Positions 37,370 through 51,307 of a stretch of DNA of 64,000 nt are shown here, piece after piece. The DNA lies in assembly GCA_964106645.2 (NCBI GenBank), contig OZ067039.1; one strand, 5' to 3'. The notes under the pieces are model-generated. The model was not told where the DNA came from. It ran no database searches and was given only the letters and a program-made list of their open reading frames with translations. The position numbers were made by a program, and so were the translations under genes. Every line of letters begins with the position of its first letter. The first letter of the stretch is position 1. The stretch is from Podarcis pityusensis (lineage: Eukaryota).

Positions 37370-40084
37370 TATATTAAATTGGAGATTATATTTCTGAAGC
37401 TTCCTGTATAAAATAGGACTTTAATAGTCCTCCTTTTCTCTTCAACGCTCAGTTTGTTTGGTTGTGCATTGTCTTTTCCCTTCTAATTCCAAAACATAAT
37501 AAAAATGACACTTTACAATAAAAATGTTTCTCTGCCTTCCTCCCTCAATTATTTGACTGTTGAAGAAGGAATATCTTTTTGGTTCCATCTGTGTCAGGTA
37601 ACTACCCTGGCAGCCATTATTGACTACCTCCAAACCCATGTCTTCATGTATTCAGACAGCTAAGACAAAGCATGGTAGAAAATTCTTTACCACTTAGTAA
37701 GTTGGTTGCCTGTGTGGAGCTATAGAATTAGAAGATACTAACCTCTTTTCAGCTTAGTAGCCAGAAGTGCAATCTTCTGAGTTTTATCAGACAAAAAATT
37801 AGTATTAATAGTATATAAGGGTGGCTTAGGCGCTTACACTCTATACCTGAGGAGGCATGCCACTAAATGGTTTCTAGAATATTGTTGCACATCGGGGGTC
37901 AATGGTGCTCCATAGACAATTGACCAGCTGGACCACACATTGCAGTCTGTCTGTGAGGGGACTTCTACACCTTAGTTATTCTAGAACTATAGAAAAAAGA
38001 AATTCTATTTCCATATCCTACAACAGTTAAGCTTCTTAAATAATAATTAGAATCTTAAAAATTAAGATTGACACTTCAGTATCTTTTAAAGCATGTTGCT
38101 CATTTCACAGCCCTCAACCCCGAAAGAATAGAAATATGTGACCCAACTTGAAAGTGTGGAGGCAAAAATGTGTGGCCTTGTTTCTTCAATTCTTGCTGAG
38201 TCTGAAAGTGCTACCCTTTCTTCTCTTCCACTGCCAGCTACCTTTTTACAAGGAATCTTTTGTTGTTGTATGAATTCATAATACAGACACTGTTTCTAGC
38301 AATACATCAGCAAGCCTTACCATAGTCTGAGCATAAATGGGGGGAAATGTGAGACACTAGTCTGAAATTCCACTTTTCAATGTGGCTGTACTGTTTGAAG
38401 ACTGAAATCTATGTGCCATGTTCTGCCTGTGTAATGAAGTTTGCATTGATATTCTGTTAATGCTGATGCCACTCAAAGTCCCAAACAACTGCATTTAGGC
38501 AGCACATCTTCTTGCATGGGATGATCTTGCTTTTTAGTTGGGTTAACAGCCCGATGAGGTCACTTCTTTGCATATCAAGCTGGTGTGCATCACCTTTTGT
38601 TCCTAAAAACAAACTTCACAAAACCACCACACAAAATCATCCTTTTTTTATTTTCCCCTATTGATCTTCAAAGGATTGCATTCTAAACAGTATATTGTGG
38701 CCTGTGAATGCAAGTTTCCCTAATTTAGGACCATTTCCTCTGCTGATAGGCAGAAGTTGTAAGGATCATTATACTTTTCACTTAAGCTGTAATTATATTA
38801 AATGGCATTTGTGATTGGTTTGTAGCACATAAGGGATGTTTTATGTTGCACTCGTTATCTGTACATAAAATGGGCAAGAATTTGGAAATGGTGTGTCTGC
38901 AGAATGAGACGAGGGAGGGTGGTCCCACTTTATGCAAGTAAAGACAAAAGTCATAGCATGTGGTTCCAAAGTGGTTGAATAAGAGGTACCAACATTGCTT
39001 TTAATGAGGAGTTTCCAATACTAGGTTATTATGATCCAAGTGTTAAATTAGATAATCCTACCTAAAAAATTAGATTCTACAACTCACATCTATTATTCTC
39101 TAATGAAGAGGATATTTGCTTTATATATGCCAAGACTTAGAACCTCTCATTAAATCACATTTACTTACAATTTAGATTTTAGTTTCTGTAATGGTAATGT
39201 TGGAGGACAAGCCCACCCCATCTAACCCAATTTTCCAGTGAAACCAAGGGGTGCTGGGCTTGTGAAACAGTGTCAGGGATAAGAGCTGTTCTCAAGCTTG
39301 TGGCACAAGCAGTCTGGAGCCCTGGGTTGCTTGTGGGAGATGAGCTTTATCAAGACTGCATGCCAAATATCAGTTTTTCCTTGCTGTAAAAATAATATGT
39401 GAAAGGGCTCTTGAGAAATCAGCAGTGTATATATTATATGAGAGTGGGAATGAGGAGGAATATATGTGGCATTCATTCAGCAACCAGATGTAGAGGTCCC
39501 GAGCTTCATTTTTTCTTATTATAAACCTGTTGCGAATTAAAAACAAGAAAGAAACAAGCTACCGTGAGATCAGATGTAGCGTTACTGATGTCAGGTGCAG
39601 GATTTATTTTCAAGAGCAAGATTTATCTGCGCAAGTCCTTTGGAGAAGTTGTCCCAGGGAAAGCTAGCTGTACTGTGAGTTTTATCTTCTTTCCAAACTA
39701 CACTTGTTTTTAAGTGCACGTTTGCTGTTTTCCATGACCAATCACCCTCTTCCTAAAGATTTATAACTCAGCTGTTTCAATTTGTGATGGGCCGAAACTT
39801 TGGAATGCAGATTGTCAGTCCAGATGTCAGACCTTTCCTTAAAAAAAAGAAAATGAAGGATTAAATTAGGTATGTGTGATTTCCCCCCCTTTTCTTTGAA
39901 GGCTCAAAATGTCACTTGAAGTCCTAAACTTATTTCCTGTTTCCTTTCAGATGTGATGGTTCACTTTTAAAAGGGAAAACATATTGCTGAGCACCAAGTG
40001 CTGAACTATAAAAAATAAAGTTAACTAGAGTCCTGTGGCTAATGTGTAGACTTAAATGAGAATCTTATAGTATCATCATATGTA

Positions 40085-40385
40085 GTTTGTTTATTTATAA
40101 TAATATTTATATATCACTATTTCATTTTTTAAAAAAACAAAGTAGTTAACAACAATAACACATAAAACCGTACAATTAAAACCATATGGAAGTTAAAATC
40201 AGACTTCAATTAACTGTTGTGGGAAGATGTGTTCTTCATCGCCTGCATAGGCTTCGCAGAATAGAAAAGTTTTCAGCAGGCATTTAAAAGTTGAAACAGA
40301 AGGTGCCTGCTGAATCTCTGTTGATAGAGTACCCCACAATGTCCTCTCTTTCTTGTTATCAAATGAGCCTCACCAACTTGGGAAA
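40085..40385 (-). mobile_element. L2-like LINE 3' fragment
   Basis: An AT-rich reversed tail followed by aaaagttttcagcaggcatttaaaag...gaaggtgcctgctgaatctctg, resembling a reversed L2 ORF2 end (F..LLKTFLF). Confidence 0.55.
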
Positions 40386-43300
40386 CTACTAGTGACACTC
40401 CTGAAGATGAAGTAGTGAGATTTATGCCACATACTGTTCAGGCCTTGCCCATCTGTTTCAGCAGCAGCAGCTCCTCAGTATACCAGGGAGCAAAATTGGA
40501 CTGCATAGTGCCAGAGGGGGCCTCCAGGAGCACAGATAGTTAGATGGCTTCCCAAATAAAGCAAAGACCTTCAATAGTCATGTCGTGATCGGTGTCACAG
40601 AATGAATTTGGGGGCCCAACCACCTCCTAAAGCTTTTAAGCACTTTAAACTGTCTGTGTTTCCATTTTGAGCAAATAGGAGAGGAAAACAGATATTATAA
40701 GTAAGAATAAACACACTCGATAGGGGGGTGATCTAGCATCTGGTTACCTGAATATTAAGCACTTAATCCCTTTAGATATATACTAGTATCTGTAGCCTGC
40801 CTTCTAAAGCTGGGACATCCCTTGCTGCCACTGGATAGTCCCCTATCAGTCTGAGGATTGTTAAAGCACGTGAAAGAGAGAGTTTACCCAAAGGTGCATA
40901 CAGCTTGCCCCATTTTCAGATTTGCTTTCCTGCTTTCACTAAAAAACAACAACAATCCCCTCCCCCAGAAAGAGGTTGATTCCAGTGTCAGTCATTGCTT
41001 TAGGAGCTGGGCTGGCATGCTGCCCACGGCTGAGACAGACTTCATATCCCCAAGTTTTGAGGGGGAGATGTATGAACTTCCTTTCTGACTTTACTAGCAG
41101 TCAGGGTGTTTTGGAATATGTGAGCATGAAATTTCAGCTTTCTGTATGTTCAGTGGCATATCAAATGTGGTCCAATCCATTTTTATATAGAGATACCCCA
41201 GTGCTTGTTTAAGTCTGGATATTTTTTTTAAAAAAGAAAATTAGTTCCCCTCTAATTTTTCAGGAATTCCAGGTTTATTCTTACTTGTCTTCACCTTTGT
41301 AATTCAGGCATTTCCAGAATCTGAGACTCTTCTGAAAGTGGAGGTATTTAAGTTTGGTTTCTCTTCAAGCACAGATAATTGTCACAGTGACTTTTCTTGC
41401 ATGGAAGAATAGTATGAGCGCTCTGATCAGTGACTTAAAGCTCTTGGTTCTGCAACTAATAGTGTTTACTTTGATCTAGTTAAAGTAAACTGCTTGCAAG
41501 GTGTTTGAGATGCTATTGCTGTACTCCCATGTGGCAAGGTCTTTGTATTGCAGCAGGATTCCTGCCTTTTGTGAGTTATCAATCAGTGCATAGCTTTCAT
41601 CACTCAGTGCCAAGCAGGTCAAACAGAGGAGTTCACATCTGTGTCTTGCTGACCAGTGAGTGTTTTCTAATGGTCCTTTCACTGGTGATATATTGCCAAA
41701 CAGCTCAGAAGGGCAGTGGGGATTTATTGGGCTGAATCTCTTGTTGCCCATTGAAGTTTATGTGTGTATTGGCTTTGGGGCCACCTTGTTTCATAGTTCA
41801 TGAAGGGCTATCCAGCAGGAGACAGTATCATTTCAACATAGATTTAATGGCCCAATGACTAAAGGATTACATGTACATCTCTATTCCCTACTTACCAGGG
41901 TCCAGTAGTTCTTCATTGGGATGTAATATGCATATATTCTGTCCAGTGTAGGAAATACGGACAGAATATATTGATAGTAGGTGCTAATTTTATTCCAGGT
42001 CCAAAGCCCAGAGTTTTGCACAATGCAAACACACCTGTGGTTTAGATTCATACACACGCTACAGCAGGAGGGAAATTAAAGGTCTTGAGGACATAGACAG
42101 GACAGTTATGCAAAACTAGGAAGTATCAGAAGATCCGTTGTCATTTCTTACCTGTTGGCAGATGTTATTCATGTTTTCAAACTGGCTTCAAACTAGCATT
42201 AGAATTATTCATATTTTGATTTTGTTTTTCATCAAAATGACTTCATGTCCCAGTTTGGGGTAAGCGATGCTTAGAATAGAATGCAGTCAAAGTTAAGGTA
42301 TCCACATCCCATTTGGGATGGAAAAAGGATTGGAGCAGCTAATTCCCTTTGATTCTTTAGCTTAAACTAGATTAAATTACTTTTGTTGCAGCTGCTGTTT
42401 GTATTTGTCTGTGTTTTGATTTGTGTGCCCACAGTGGGAACAGAGTGGAACGGAGAAATGATGCACACAGAGCTGGAAAGAAAACAGGCTGCAGCTTTAC
42501 TATAAATGTGTACAATTGCTTGAAATAGATGGCAGGAACCAGAGACTGACAGTACTCAGGCCAGTGGTTCGGTTTAACTTTTCAGCTGGAAGGAGAATGG
42601 CACCAGGATGATGGCTGCTGCCCATAAACAAATTATTGAGGCTCAAACTGGCCATGACTTTAAACACATGGTTTTAAACTGTGCTCAGACTAGCCATGCC
42701 TCTCTGTTTGCAAAAAGGTCCTTATCAGGGCCATGAAGTGGTGGGAAGATGGCTTACTTCTTCTCCCATGCTGTTTTCCTGCCAAAAACAATACCCTCTG
42801 AAAATGCTCTTACCCATAACTTCTAAAAATGTGGGTAAATAACAGTTGGGGAGAAGGAAGTTATCAGCAGGAGAATGCCCCAAATTGTTAGCCCTCATCC
42901 CGTGCAACATCTTCCACTACTTTTTGCTTTTTTGTAGACAAGATGTGACCAGTCCAAGCACCTTCTTACATCATGTGCTTAAAGCCCCATCTAGTTAGAT
43001 CTTGAGAGGGTAATTGCTTTCAACTCTGCCAGTCACAGAATGTATTTGTGTGCTAAAAACCACCAAGGTCCTTTAAGGAGCCAGCCTTTGAATTTCATGC
43101 AACTCCTATCCGGCTTCCCCATCTCTTTCCAAGCCTCTTCCTTAATGTAAAACCTTCTGTGTAACAACATAGGCAGTGCTTATATTCACCACTCCTCTTA
43201 GGTATATTACCCCTGCCACACCCTTCACTGGCCCTGCTTTGCATCCTCCTCAAGTATGTATGTCTGACTAGATTAGAACATATCCCTGATAATGCAGCTT

Positions 43301-44655
43301 GCTTGCCTGGATGGGAATAGAGAGGAATGTGCATAAAAGATAGTCTATTGTACAAAGGCAAGCTTGACATTTATTGTTCTGTTCACTTTGGTTTCTGGTC
43401 CGCCCAGCATTGGCATATGCCCCCCTGAAGGTTGCCTAGAAGAGAATGTGACCTGACCTAGCATGTTGGAAAGCCACTTTGGTCAAGTCATGTTCTGTTT
43501 TACCCTAAACCCTAATCAAGTACCAAAACTGCACCACTGCAGTCCTAATTCTGCTTCTGTTGAACATCTAAGGGCCAAACTAGATGTAACATTGCATGCA
43601 TCTTTTCATTTAATATGTACATTTTAGAAATTAAAATATCACCTGAGGGGGGCTTCCTGTATATTTTCGGGATCATGGAAGGCAAGGATGTGAAATTTAA
43701 CCTATTCCTCCACTGCATTCATGATAACCATTTTGCTGAAGCTGCTATTTGCATTGGAAAGCAATTCTCCATTGGATCCAGGGTGACAGCCGGGGGGGGG
43801 GGAGTTCCCTCCCAATACAAATTGTGATCATTATCAACTAGCCTTTCCTATTTGCATTTTTTAAAAAAATAATGTGCAGAGATGTCTAATTTGGCTCATT
43901 TGCTTTGAGGAGTTACATAAGGTGACACGACCACAACATTTTGCCCCCATGAGTTGGAGTGGCCCATGCAATGTTTCTTGTTAAGGTCTTTCAGATTGCA
44001 GATGTTCATGTTTTTATGATCTGCTGCTTTGCTAACTGTTGGTCTGCCTCACATTCAATTTTAATGAACAGCAAAGCAAGGAAAACTTTAAGAATGAGGG
44101 GGAGAAACAAGTGACCTCGCTTTATATTCAAATGCTTCCAATTAAGGGGTCTGTTATCTTACCCAAGATAACTGGAAAAGGATACTCAAAATACTACCTT
44201 GTGTAAATACAGCTATTGCCTGCATTATATCACCAGGAGTTCTCAACACATCTGGAACGAAAGTAGTTCCAGTAACATTAAAGCATCCTATTTTGGTTGG
44301 CACGCAGATGCTGTGGTATATGCCAGTCAGTAATGGGTTTTGGAAACAAGCTGCTCTAAAACTCTCCTGAACTATTCTCCTGGGAAATTATTCAATTAAA
44401 TACAACTAAAATTAATGCTTGTGTGTTTTGTTTGAATAAAACAAAATAAGCAGCTGGAAAAGAAAATCCCTGGTGCATGTTGGAGAGCAAGGGCTCCAGT
44501 TAATATTCATGGATTCTGAGCTCAGTTCTTGCCCCACTACTCTTTCCACCAAGTACTCATTCTAAGTGATGATTATTGCTGTAACTGATGGTGCGTAGTT
44601 ATTCTTTCTTCATTCTCTGGAATAATTTTGCAAATATAAATAATTTCTTTAGTTT

Positions 44656-44805
44656 CAGGGTAGAGAACCTGTGGCCTTCGATATGTTACTGTACTTCAGT
44701 TCCCATCACTCCTGACCATTGACTATACTAGCCAGGGTTGATGGGAGGTGGAGGTTTTTAAGCAGAGGTTGGATGGCCATCTGTCATGGATGCTTTAGCT
44801 GAGAT
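44656..44805 (+). mobile_element. Truncated small hAT-type MITE joined to a CR1 3' fragment
   Basis: cagggtagagaacctgtggcc...gatgggag is followed directly by gaggtttttaagcagaggttggatggccatctgtcatggatgctttagctgagat (CR1). Confidence 0.6.
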
Positions 44806-45014
44806 GTAGTTGAACAAAATGTTCAGGGCGATATTCGTTCGTTCATTCCTTCATTCATTTGTAGATTTGTATACCAAAAATCCTAGGGTGGTTCACAACA
44901 TAAAAATACAAAAGGAGAACACAAAATACATAATGGAAACAAGAACAAAAACAAATGAACAACCCCCTTTCCACAAACATTTTATTATTTGCTAAATTTA
45001 GTAAATAGTCAGAT

Positions 45015-45515
45015 GGAGAATAAAATCAAGGAGACATTTAAAAGAGGAAATGTTGTAGTAACAGGTGACTTCAATTACCCTCACACAGACTGAGTGCATA
45101 TGTGCTCCAGTCATGAAGAAAAGATAAAATTTCAAGATACCCTAAATGACTGTGCCCTAGAATAGTTGGTCACGGAGGCTACCAGAAGGGCAATAACCCT
45201 GGGCTTAATCTTAAGCAGTTCTTGGGATCTGGTGCATGATTAAATGTTGTTGAGCAGACTGGGAATAGGGGCCATAGTGCTATCACATTCAATATATATG
45301 TAAATGGACAGTTGCCAAGAAAACCTAACACACACATTTGACTTGAAAAGAGGAAACTTAGCCATTACCAAGATGTTCTACCCCTCCACTGTCAGAGACA
45401 GTATGCCTCTGAATACCAGTTGCTGGGAATCACAATGGGGGAGAGAGCTGTTGCACTCATGTTGGATGCTGAGCCAGGTGGGCCTTTGGCCTAATCTAGC
45501 AAGGTCGTTCTCATG
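45015..45515 (+). mobile_element. CR1 remnants: APE endonuclease region joined to a CR1 3' end
   Basis: ggtgacttcaattaccct (GDFNYP), QLVTEATR-like and LGNSDH-like remnants up to about 45360, then tgcctctgaataccagttgctggg...gggcctttggcctaatctagcaagg (CR1 3' UTR type). Confidence 0.75.
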
Positions 45516-46928
45516 ATGTCAAGACCATTGCCTCTAAGCATTTGCTGAGGAAAGCAAAGTTTATATCAGCACAACTTGCTTCCATTTATTATTATTTGAG
45601 ACTAGCTCTTGTGTAAAGGGCTGCTTATAGGTTGCTTCCTCTTAGACATTTATGAAACTTTCCCATTATTTGGGCATAGATGAGAATTTATGGCTTCCAT
45701 TTGCTTTGGGTTTTAAATTTTTCTTTGGGCTTTAGATTCCATTTGGTGCTCAGTATTAAAGCGCTCTGCTTCGCATGTGCACATTGGCCACAATCTTTTT
45801 CATCACTGGCATGATACACAATGTTTGCTTTCTTCTGTTGAGCATAGTGTTGCGTTGTTTTGAAGTGTGTAGCCTGGTGTTTTGCGTGATTCATTTCCTT
45901 GGCATTTCACTCTAAGTTGCTCCCTTGGATGGTGGCAGTGGCTATGGAGACTGGGTTGCCTCCAGATTAAGCTTCGTCATATTGTAATGTTCTTGGTATG
46001 ATATGAAATGTTCTGGGCTTCAGGTTTTGAGATGTTTTTCTTCAACCCGGTTCCAGTATACATACATTTGCCATGTCCCATGACTAATTTTGTGGTGTAT
46101 ATTTTACAGATATACATTACTCTGTTGATATAGATCTGTTTGGAGAAGCTGGGTTTTACACGGTGTACCTCCAGAATAAATATAAGGGATTTGAGCGAGG
46201 AAGCTACTGGGAGGCTTCCAGGCATCCTGATTCAAGCTAGCCAATGCCATCCATGCAGAGGCTGGCTGCATTGTCACTCATTGGTTTGCCAGCCAATTTA
46301 TTTGTGTACTCCATCATAACCAAAATGGTAGGTGTGGGGTGTTCTTCTCTTGCCACTATACTAGTACAATGAACCCCTGGTACTAATGTAGTCTTAATCT
46401 CTTTCACATGCTCATTTGTTTCTCAGTCCACATCACCCAGACCTGCAATTTGTCTATATTAGGATGGGGAACCTGCTGAACTACAATGCCTAACAGCCCT
46501 CCAGCCAGCATGGTCAAGACTGAAGGGAGATTTGGTCAAACAATATGTGGATGGTCAAAGATTTCCCACACCTGCCTCTATACATACTATCTGCTTGTCT
46601 CATGTGATCTTTTTGTCTCTCAGGTATCTCTCCCTCAGTCTTGCCTCCCTCTGTGCAGATTCACATCTCTAACTGCCTGACTTTTTAAAATATTTCCCCC
46701 CCATCGTTTTCCATCACAGATGGCATCTTCTTGCTCTTCCAGGACATTTATTCATTTCTTTTTATAATTTATAGTCCCCTCTTCATGAAACAGAGGCCGT
46801 TTCTAATAATGAGAATAATGCACTTTAGCCACACAACAAAAATCAAATCAGTCCATTAGAAATGGCTAACATTACAGGTGAGAGGAAGGAAATCTGTGAC
46901 AGTTTTCTCAAACAAGAATATCCTAGTT

Positions 46929-47423
46929 CAGGGGTCTGCAACCTTTAAGACAAAAAGAGCCACTTGGACCCATTTCCGAAGAAGAAAAAAAAGGGAGCCG
47001 CAAAACTCGTCATTATAAAAATAACTTTTTTGTCACTTTTTTATTATTTCTTTGTTTGACCCCTCAGAATTACTCCTCCTCATAGAAATAAACGTTAAAT
47101 TAACAAGTTACCTTTTTTTGTGTGTGTGTTCGTCACTCCCCTTCAAAAGTGACCAGCGTACATGCCCCCTTTCAATGCAGTGACCAGCGTACATGCCCCT
47201 TACAATGTAGCGGGCGGGCGGGCAGGAAGGTGACGTCGGGACAGTGCGTGACTAACGCACGCACCGCCCCCATGCGACGTCACAGCCAGTACAGTGCCCG
47301 CCACAGTGGGGAGTGTCGGGGCGCACAATGCGCCTCCTCCCCTCGCTAGTATCTGCCCCGGAGCCGCGGCAAAGGTGTAAAAGAGCCACATGCGGCGCCG
47401 GAGCCGCGGGTTGCAGACACCTG
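46929..47423 (-). mobile_element. hAT (Charlie/SPIN-like) MITE, 495 bp, inverted relative to the 30313 copy
   Basis: TIRs caggggtctgcaacc / ggttgcagacacctg; 8-bp TSD tcctagtt (46921-46928 and 47424-47431). ORF 47200..47391(-) is nearly identical to the start of 30345..30644(+). Confidence 0.93.
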
Positions 47424-49139
47424 TCCTAGTTCCTCACCAGACTTGCTACTATGTACCTGCTTGTCACCAGTGCCCATCTTCTTCTACTTCTGCTGCCACC
47501 TCCTGCAGCTCAGTATGCATAGCAGCAAATCATATGCGGGACCTAGATGCAGCTGTTCCTCCACAGCTGCTGCCATCTCCAGATGGAGAAAACTTAAAGG
47601 ATTCTGCAGAAGCAATGAGAGGCTCACCCAACCCTGATACAGCATGCCAGCCAGATGGTAGGAGGACATGTTGAACATGGTCCTCCTCCTCCTCCATACA
47701 GAACTCCAGAAGAGTGACTAATTTCACCCCCCCCCCCAATGTTATGTCAAAGGGTGGTTTCTGAGGTTCTGGGGCAATAACTTTTACCTGCAGGAGGTGG
47801 CAGCAGCAGTAGAAGAAGAAGATGGGAACAGTGGCATTCTTTGCTTCGGTTACCTGTTATGTCTAGTGCTGAGGGCGCTGCCTTGCCCTGCCTTCGTCCA
47901 CTATCATTCCTTCCCTTTGGAACAATGTGTGTTTGCCTGCACTTAAATCATAGGCGCCATCTCTCTGAGTGCCAGGGCTCCCACAAAATGTTAGTTATGT
48001 GTGCCCGTGGGTGCCCAGCCTTCACCTCTGCCTCCTCCGCAGCTGCCACTGCACACTGGGTGCCACCGCCACTGCCTTACCTCTTGCACAGCCACTGGAC
48101 CTGGGCTTCTGCCTCTGCCACAAGGCCCTGATCCAGTCCCCACCACGGTACAGGCCCCGGTCCAGTCACCACCATGACGCTAGAGTGCAAGAGGTAAGGC
48201 AGTGGCCGTGGCACCTGGTGTGCAGTGGCAGCCTGGCGTCACGCTGTAACATCATCAAGTTCGAATAAAAGCCTGGCTTGGAACCTCACACATGGAAGAA
48301 AGGCTGGGTGGAAATGAAATAAAGGAAATCCCGCTCTCCTGTAGTCTTATTAATCTGTAGCTAAGATGCGATTGTACCTAGCACTGCTGCTAAATCCATT
48401 CCCCTCTTCATTTTGCAAGTGCAGTTTGTATTTGGCTTACTCAGTGGGCAGGAACTGTGAAGCCTGTTCTTTAAGGCAGCTGCCAAATCCAAGTAAGGCT
48501 TTTACATATTTTAAATAAATCAGAAAATCAATTAGTACAAATACGAGGAGGTTATATGGCAAGCAGCCTGCTTTTCTTCTGAGTGCTTTAGGAATCCCGC
48601 CATGCTTGGGACTCTGTGTGTGGTTCAGAAGTATAAAAACTCTCAAGCCTCTTGGGAGAGGGCACACCTGAGTAGCATACAGACAGAAACTCTGATTCAG
48701 GATGGGATGTAACCAAGTAAATCTTCCTTCTCCCGTGGGGGTGGAGAGAAGGAGCATTTTACTTGCTACAGAACAAAAATGTTATTTTCTTAAGCTGAGC
48801 AGTTTCCAGTTTTCCTTCTTCATTGCCCATCTGCCCTGAATTTCACAGAGTTCTCTTTCCCTCTCTACCCATTTCCCCCTCCAAATTCTTTCCTGGTGAA
48901 TTCATGTTAAAGAAGAGTGATGGAAGGGAAGGCTGTTTATTTTCCTTTTTCTTAACATTTTGTAATGTCCTGGGTTCCTGATCAGTGCCTCACACAGACT
49001 GCATATTTTGGGCTCATAAAGATTAGGGACTTCCAGGCTTGGTCTACCTGGAAACCTCAGTGGCGCCTTGCCATGAATGACAGCTTTCCTATACAATGTA
49101 TAGTATACATGGAACACTTCAGGAATTCACTACACTTCA

Positions 49140-49310
49140 CATAATCTCAGCAGTCCTTGCTACACCCCTGTAAGGTACAGCAGTATTTCCCCTCTCTATT
49201 ACTGATGGTAGGGCTTAACACCGAGAAGAATGTTAGCTTGCCCAAGATTATCTAGTGAATTTGTGGATGAGGTTAGCAGGCAACTCACAGCTCACACTCT
49301 TGGCTACTGA
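49140..49310 (-). mobile_element. Degenerate MIR-like SINE
   Basis: cacccctgtaaggta...ttactgatgg...gcttgcccaagattatctagtgaatttgtgg. Confidence 0.45.
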
Positions 49311-51205
49311 AATACAATAAAGTACAATATCATTTGTAAGGTTGGTATTCCAAATGTAAACCATCCCCATAGATGTAACTGTTTATAAAGTGAAGTGTTT
49401 ATAATGTACAAACTACAGGGGTGGTTTAAGCAAGGAAGCCTTGAAAGTACTGTGGTTGCTCAAGAAAATGCTGTACAATTCCTCTTTTTTGTTGAATGTA
49501 AATGGACTCAAAGTGGGGCATGGTCAATTTATACACTTGGCAGTTGTTCTTTCTGGAAACAGTTTTCTGCTTTGTGCTCCAGAAGCCAGAAAAACATAAT
49601 TCAAAGACAGTGACACTATTTTTTGTTTTAAAAACTACTTTAATGTGACTGTGTAACTTGTGAAAGTCATCAGTTTTGAATTTTCATCGTTCGAACTGAG
49701 CAAAGGTACTAGTAGAAACTTTTTCTCATAAATTACTTCATAACCTACCACCTGTCAGTTGGCCTCACCCCTGCCACACTGACTGTATATGTGAAGACGG
49801 AATTGAATTTACTAAAACGTTGACCTAATATCCAAGAGCAGGAGGCTTGCAACTGGAAGACAACATGTTGAAACTTCACTCGGATGTTGGCAGCTTGCTA
49901 ATTTTTGTACTGCTTAATAATTTTCCTTGTTTTTTTCCACTCTGAATCCACTGCGAGGTCTGTGATGGAAACCACCCATTCTGTAAGGAGCTGTTTTATA
50001 CAGAGTCACCCTTGTGAACCTGATGAGTTTTCAGTGGATGTATGGCATCCTTAGGAGATGCTTTTCTCTGCCATTATCTATGATCTCTTCACCTGGATAT
50101 GCCATCTCTGAAGAAACTGGAATGTTAACCTCTTTCTATACATATTTTTATGTTCTTATGCTTCTCAGTGCAAGTGGGACCTGTGCTAAGTGTGGAGTGC
50201 CAGGCAGCTGTTCCTTCTTTCCCCTCTCATTTCACTTTATCCCTCTTCCCTACAATGTTCCATTCTGCCCCCTGCCTTCCTTCAGCAGTCAGCTAGCCTT
50301 CTGTGTCCACTGAACATGCTCAGTCTCTCCCACTCCCCTGCACCCCCCATTTTGGGGGAATACATGTGAATCCAGATTTGGAGAGTGGAGTTTGCTATTC
50401 ACATATATCAATAACTGCACCTTGAATCTCAGCTGGAAACAAATAAGCAAGTAATGTTTTTTTAAATGCCAAAGTGCAGTTAGCACTTGCTTATAGTCAT
50501 GATGTCATTATTTGTGCTGAAAAATGGAATATTGGTGAGAAGAAGCACAACTGTAAGAGAGATATTCTATAAGGAAGCTATTTAAACAGGATCATGCTTC
50601 AGTTTTTATTCTCAATTATAACTGAGCCTTAGAAATTGTATTTATACCAATATTCAAAGGTACAAAAATTTTCCATTTGCAGGTTTGGACAAAATCTTTG
50701 GGGCAATAGAGTGCAGTGCAAGTAGCATGAGGGCTGAATGTGTGGGGCCAGTTTCTAATCTCTGGTCATTTGCAGGTAGCTTTGGGGTGATCCTTGCCCA
50801 TTGCAAAAGTGGAGGTTCTGTGCAGCCACTCCAAACAGCCCAGATAAAATTTTTACCCTTCTTCTGGTCTAAATTTATAAAGCATTTTGTTCTAACTACT
50901 AACCATGGGCCAAGGAACAGATGTGTCTGCACGTTCTTAATCCGTTATGCTAGCTAAGTGCAGCATCTACATGGGCTACACCTACCGTGATGCTTTTGGG
51001 TGGCTTCTGCTTGGCTTCTGTCACATTTAAAACAGCTTTCTGTCTAACCTTCCTCAGAGGGCTGCCATGCCAATAAGTTAGATCAAAGCTGCAGAGCTCT
51101 TGGTTGCTGGAAGGGTGCCATAAAATGATAACATTGCATTTGTTTGGGTGTGATGGTGGAAAACCTGGATATTAATACTATATAACGATATCTCTTTTTT
51201 AATAG

Positions 51206-51307
51206 AAATCATCGACGATATCACCAATTTAGTAGAAAATACCGACAACAAGCTGCGCAACCAAACCAAGCGTGTAATGACAGTGGACAGAAAATCATCT
51301 TCTTGTG
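51206..51307 (+). CDS. STX8: Syntaxin-8 coding exon 7 (102 nt): (E)IIDDITNLVENTDNKLRNQTKRVMTVDRKSSSC(G), C-terminal half of the SNARE motif
   Basis: Acceptor ctcttttttaatag|, donor G|gtaaga. Resembles human EIIDDLANLVENTDEKLRNETRRVNMVDRKSASCG. Follows an intron of about 35 kb. Confidence 0.97.
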
